A stretch of 32,000 nucleotides of DNA, from positions 450,001-482,000 of the forward strand of contig NZ_LT934425.1 in NCBI RefSeq assembly GCF_900232105.1. Reading direction: 5' to 3'. Of the stretch, positions 29,112-32,000 are shown one piece after another (the stretch's first letter is position 1; every line of letters starts with the position of its first letter). The notes beneath the pieces are model-generated. The model had not been told where the DNA came from. It saw only the letters and a program-made list of their open reading frames with translations, and did not search any database. The translations under genes and the position numbers were made by a program. This DNA is from Candidatus Kuenenia stuttgartensis (GTDB lineage Bacteria; Planctomycetota; Brocadiia; Brocadiales; Brocadiaceae).

Positions 29112-30425
29112 ATGGACAAAATTGAAGAGAAGATTCTGGAACAGGCGCTAAAGCATACTGCACACGTTGAAGTTATTTATGAAGAAGGGGAAACACGTTC
29201 GGTAAGCTTCGAAAATAATAAACTAAAATACATTAATACTAAATCCGTCCGGGGTGTAGGCCTTCGGGTAATAAAGGATGGAAGGATTGGGTTTTCCTGC
29301 ACCACCGATTTCAGAAAGCCTGAAAAACTTGTAGCAAATGCGTTGGAGAGCGCTGAATTCGGACAAATTGCCATGTTTGATTTTCCCCCGCAAAATAATT
29401 ATCCGCAGGTGACAGTTTTTGACAGGGATGTTATTGACTTTCCCATTGAAAAATGTGTGCGCATAGGCAAAGAGGCTATTGAAAGGGCTTTGGCAGTAGA
29501 TTCAAGCTATGAGTGCAGTGCAGGAATAGGGAAAGGACACGGAAAACAGCGTCTTCTCAATTCAAAAGGCCTGGACATTACCATTGAATCCACCTCGTTG
29601 GGCATTGGCATAGAAATCTTACATATTAAGGGACAAAGCCTGCTTTCAATCGGCGAAGGGGAGAGTTCAAAGAGACTTGCAACAGATCTCAATAAACACG
29701 TTGATAAAGCGCTCAACGATTTAAAACTAGCAAAGAAGGAAGTGAAATTAAAAACAGGTGACTACCCTGTTGTTGTTACGGCAAAAGCCATGGACATCTT
29801 TCTTTCCACATTTGAAGCAGGATGTAATGGGAAATTATTGCAAAAAGGCGCTTCGCCCCTCACCAACAGGCTGGGAGAGAAGATAATAGACGCGAGAGTA
29901 AGTATTTATGATGACGCAACTATCGATTTTGCTGATATGAGCTATCCTGTGGACTCCGAAGGGGTGCCTGCGCGTCGCACGCCATTATTTGAAAAGGGTG
30001 TGCTGATAAACTATATTTTCGATCTGCAGACCGCAGGCATTATGAAAACGCAATCAACCGGAAATGGCAACCGGGGGTTTTCTTCCCAACCGTCTCCTGG
30101 ATACTCCAACATCATCGTTGAAACGGGTGATATGCCGTTTGACTCAATGGTGAAAGATATTAAATGTGGCATTCTGGTTGACCAGGTGCTTGGCGGAGGA
30201 CAAAGCAATGTGCTGGCAGGTGAATTTTCCGTAAACATAGATCTCGGATACCTTATCGAAAACGGAGAAATTATTGGCAGGGTAAAGGATTGCATGATTG
30301 CAGGGAACGTATTTGATTTATTTAACAATATCGTTGCGATTGGTGATAGGGCGGAATGGCATGGGTCTACAAAAGTACCACCATTTTATTTTAAGTCAGT
30401 AAATGTGGCGGGAAATGCGGATTAA
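29112..30425 (+). CDS. TldD/PmbA family metalloprotease-like protein (TldE/PmbA-like)
   Basis: VGLRVIKDGRIGFSCTTDF, YPVVVTAKAMDIFLSTFEAGCNGKLLQKGASPLTNRLGEKI, DSEGVPARRTPLFEKGVLINYIFDLQTA, GDMPFDSMVKDIKCGILVDQVLGGGQSNVLAGEFSVNIDLGYLIENGEIIGRVKDCMIAGN. Confidence 0.92.
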   Translation: MDKIEEKILEQALKHTAHVEVIYEEGETRSVSFENNKLKYINTKSVRGVGLRVIKDGRIGFSCTTDFRKPEKLVANALESAEFGQIAMFDFPPQNNYPQVTVFDRDVIDFPIEKCVRIGKEAIERALAVDSSYECSAGIGKGHGKQRLLNSKGLDITIESTSLGIGIEILHIKGQSLLSIGEGESSKRLATDLNKHVDKALNDLKLAKKEVKLKTGDYPVVVTAKAMDIFLSTFEAGCNGKLLQKGASPLTNRLGEKIIDARVSIYDDATIDFADMSYPVDSEGVPARRTPLFEKGVLINYIFDLQTAGIMKTQSTGNGNRGFSSQPSPGYSNIIVETGDMPFDSMVKDIKCGILVDQVLGGGQSNVLAGEFSVNIDLGYLIENGEIIGRVKDCMIAGNVFDLFNNIVAIGDRAEWHGSTKVPPFYFKSVNVAGNAD

Positions 30426-30476
30426 ACTCCTGCGACATAATCGATTGGCTCAATAGTACATTATCAGTAATTTTTT

Positions 30477-30855
30477 GTAACTATTCAGCGTAATTTATTA
30501 AACTACCGGAGATCAGAGCGCAACTCGTTCCCAAACGGGTGCATTCCCGATTTTTTGTGACTTCCGCCATGTTTTAATAAAACGTACAGTAGTGTTAACC
30601 CTGACAGGGTTTCAAACCCTGTCAGGGTTGTTTTGCCCCAACTCCATGAACACTTACAAAAAATTGGGAATGCAATTGCACTGGAAACTTTGTTTCCAGA
30701 GAGGATCAGACTTGACAAATTACAAACTGTCTTAACTCTGTGATTTTATTCCCTATCTATCAGCAAACAGGCGAGAAACCGGAGTTTCTCGAACAAATGC
30801 ATTCCCAAACTGGAGTTTGGGAACGAGCCGTGTATCGTTTACGCTGAATAGTTAC
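30477..30855. mobile_element. 379-bp non-autonomous IS66-like element (GTAACTATTCAGCGTAA ends)
   Basis: gtaactattcagcgtaa ... ttacgctgaatagttac with exact 8-bp direct repeat aatttttt at 30469-30476 and 30856-30863. Confidence 0.92.
30538..30673. repeat. nested GGTGCATTCCCGATTTTTTG-family element inside 30477-30855
   Basis: gggtgcattcccgattttttgt ... acaaaaaattgggaatgca; contains aaccctgacagggtttcaaaccctgtcagggtt. Confidence 0.78.
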
Positions 30856-30904
30856 AATTTTTTTGCATTTTTTGGCAAAATAATTAATGGTAAAATCCGA
30901 AGCA

Positions 30905-31080
30905 CGAAATCCGAAATCCGAAACAAATTCTAATGACAAAATGATTTGAAATTCTAAACAAGTGCATCTTTCGTATCTCGCGTTTCATGTTTCATATTTC
31001 ATGTTTCATATTGTTGCCTGCCTGTGCGTGATCGCACGCAGAGGGATGTTTTGGATTTGTTTTGGATTTTATGCTTTGTT
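30905..31080 (+). repeat. dispersed repeat copy B (paired with 18952-19104)
   Basis: gaaatccgaaacaaattctaatgacaaaatgatttgaaattctaaacaagtgcatctttcgt...gtgcgtgatcgcacgcag...gttttggatttgttttgga. Confidence 0.8.
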
Positions 31081-31315
31081 ATTCGAATTTGTTTCGTATT
31101 TCGTATTTTTTATTTCCTGCTTGTTTGGTTCCGGCTATGCCAGCTTATGCTTAACTTGTTAGCGTCTTTTGCGGCAATGCCTCTTTCCGGAAAACACCGT
31201 AGTTCTCCCCTTTAAAAATTTATTGCTTAATCTGAATTTCTATTGTATGTTAACCTGTTTCTACTTTTGATTGAATAGTAAATTAAGTAATTATCATTCT
31301 TCACTACACGACCTT

Positions 31316-32000
31316 ATGATACTTGCCGTTATCTTTATAATTGTCTCCGTCATAACGGGTTTTCTGGTTACCTACTTTCTGGCAGCAAAATATTCCCTTT
31401 TTGAAAGGGGCGCATATGGAATTGCCATAGGGTTAGGTTTGCAAACATGGCTCGTCTATCTATTCTCTTTAATCTGGAAGCTGCAATTTATATGTATCTA
31501 TTTTTCCATAGCACTATCATTGTTATTTTGCATCTTATTTTTCATAATAAACCGTAGCGATATAAAACTAAAAATACTCTATGAAGCAACGGACATTAAA
31601 AAAGATTTTCTACTGAATAAAACGTCATATTTTGCACATATTGCCGTTTTTGCCTTTTTTACCGTGATCTTCTGCCGTCTGTTTTACCGCACCATTATAT
31701 GGAAAGAAACCGGCATATATGTAGGTTTATCTAATAATTACGGCGACCTGCCTTTACACCTTGCGTACATTACCTCCTTTGCGTGGGGGGATAACGTTCC
31801 GCCTCTCGATCCGGTTTTTGCAGGCAAAAAACTAACCTACCCCATTTTGTCTGATTTCTTATCGGCTATTTTCCTAAAATCAGGCCTAAATTTCAGAAAT
31901 ATACTATTCATACCAGGTTTTCTATTAACCGTTTCCTTTTACGGCATTCTTTACTATTTTACATATCGCATAACGAAAAAAAGACTCGCCGCAACCCTTT
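31316..32000 (+). CDS. multi-TM membrane protein, 3'-truncated by window edge (function unknown, possibly GT-C-like)
   Basis: Open to the window end: MILAVIFIIVSVITGFLVTYFLAAKYSLFERGAYGIAIGLGLQTWLVYLFSLIWKLQFICIYF...GLSNNYGDLPLHLAYITSFAWGDNVPPLDPVFAGKKLTYPILSDFL. Confidence 0.7.
   Translation, partial: MILAVIFIIVSVITGFLVTYFLAAKYSLFERGAYGIAIGLGLQTWLVYLFSLIWKLQFICIYFSIALSLLFCILFFIINRSDIKLKILYEATDIKKDFLLNKTSYFAHIAVFAFFTVIFCRLFYRTIIWKETGIYVGLSNNYGDLPLHLAYITSFAWGDNVPPLDPVFAGKKLTYPILSDFLSAIFLKSGLNFRNILFIPGFLLTVSFYGILYYFTYRITKKRLAATL

Noticed and set aside
31024-31215. ORFs in 30962-31215
   Set aside because: They read through the dispersed repeat and AT-rich intergenic sequence; no protein-like features.

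Overview
Mixed core/accessory window. (1) Left ~8 kb is defence/TA-like: a 5'-truncated large SF1 helicase with a C-terminal Vsr/MTES_1575-like nuclease region and DUF3320-like tail, a Phd/RelE-type TA pair, and a Fic gene split by a ~100-bp TA-flanked inverted-repeat insertion. (2) About 10.2-17.5 kb on the minus strand is a compact nitrite-reductase gene set: cytochrome cd1 nitrite reductase (nirS), small cytochrome c, a d1-propeller protein with two CXXCH motifs (NirN-like), radical SAM NirJ-like, NirF-like, a 2x[4Fe-4S] ferredoxin, a hemerythrin-like protein, and a decayed cytochrome paralogue. (3) About 18.5-20.7 kb is a pseudogene graveyard (GGDEF, OMP, FAD and receiver-domain fragments), followed by an intact PAS-PAS-PAS-GAF-(degenerate)GGDEF protein. 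(4) 24.6-28.3 kb is a tightly overlapping glycine betaine operon: GSMT, SDMT, and a BCCT transporter fused to a UspA domain. (5) A TldE/PmbA-like gene and the start of a multi-TM protein end the window. The most unusual signal is intergenic: several families of short non-autonomous inverted-repeat elements, two with exact 8-bp flanking direct repeats and GTAA...TTAC ends (IS66-like), repeatedly nested inside one another and inside REP-like hairpins. One appears to supply a stop codon to the ferredoxin gene, one splits fic, and one splits a receiver domain. The nirS/d1 gene set is compatible with an anammox-type (Brocadiales) genome, but that is inference only. I see no clear CRISPR array, rRNA or tRNA.
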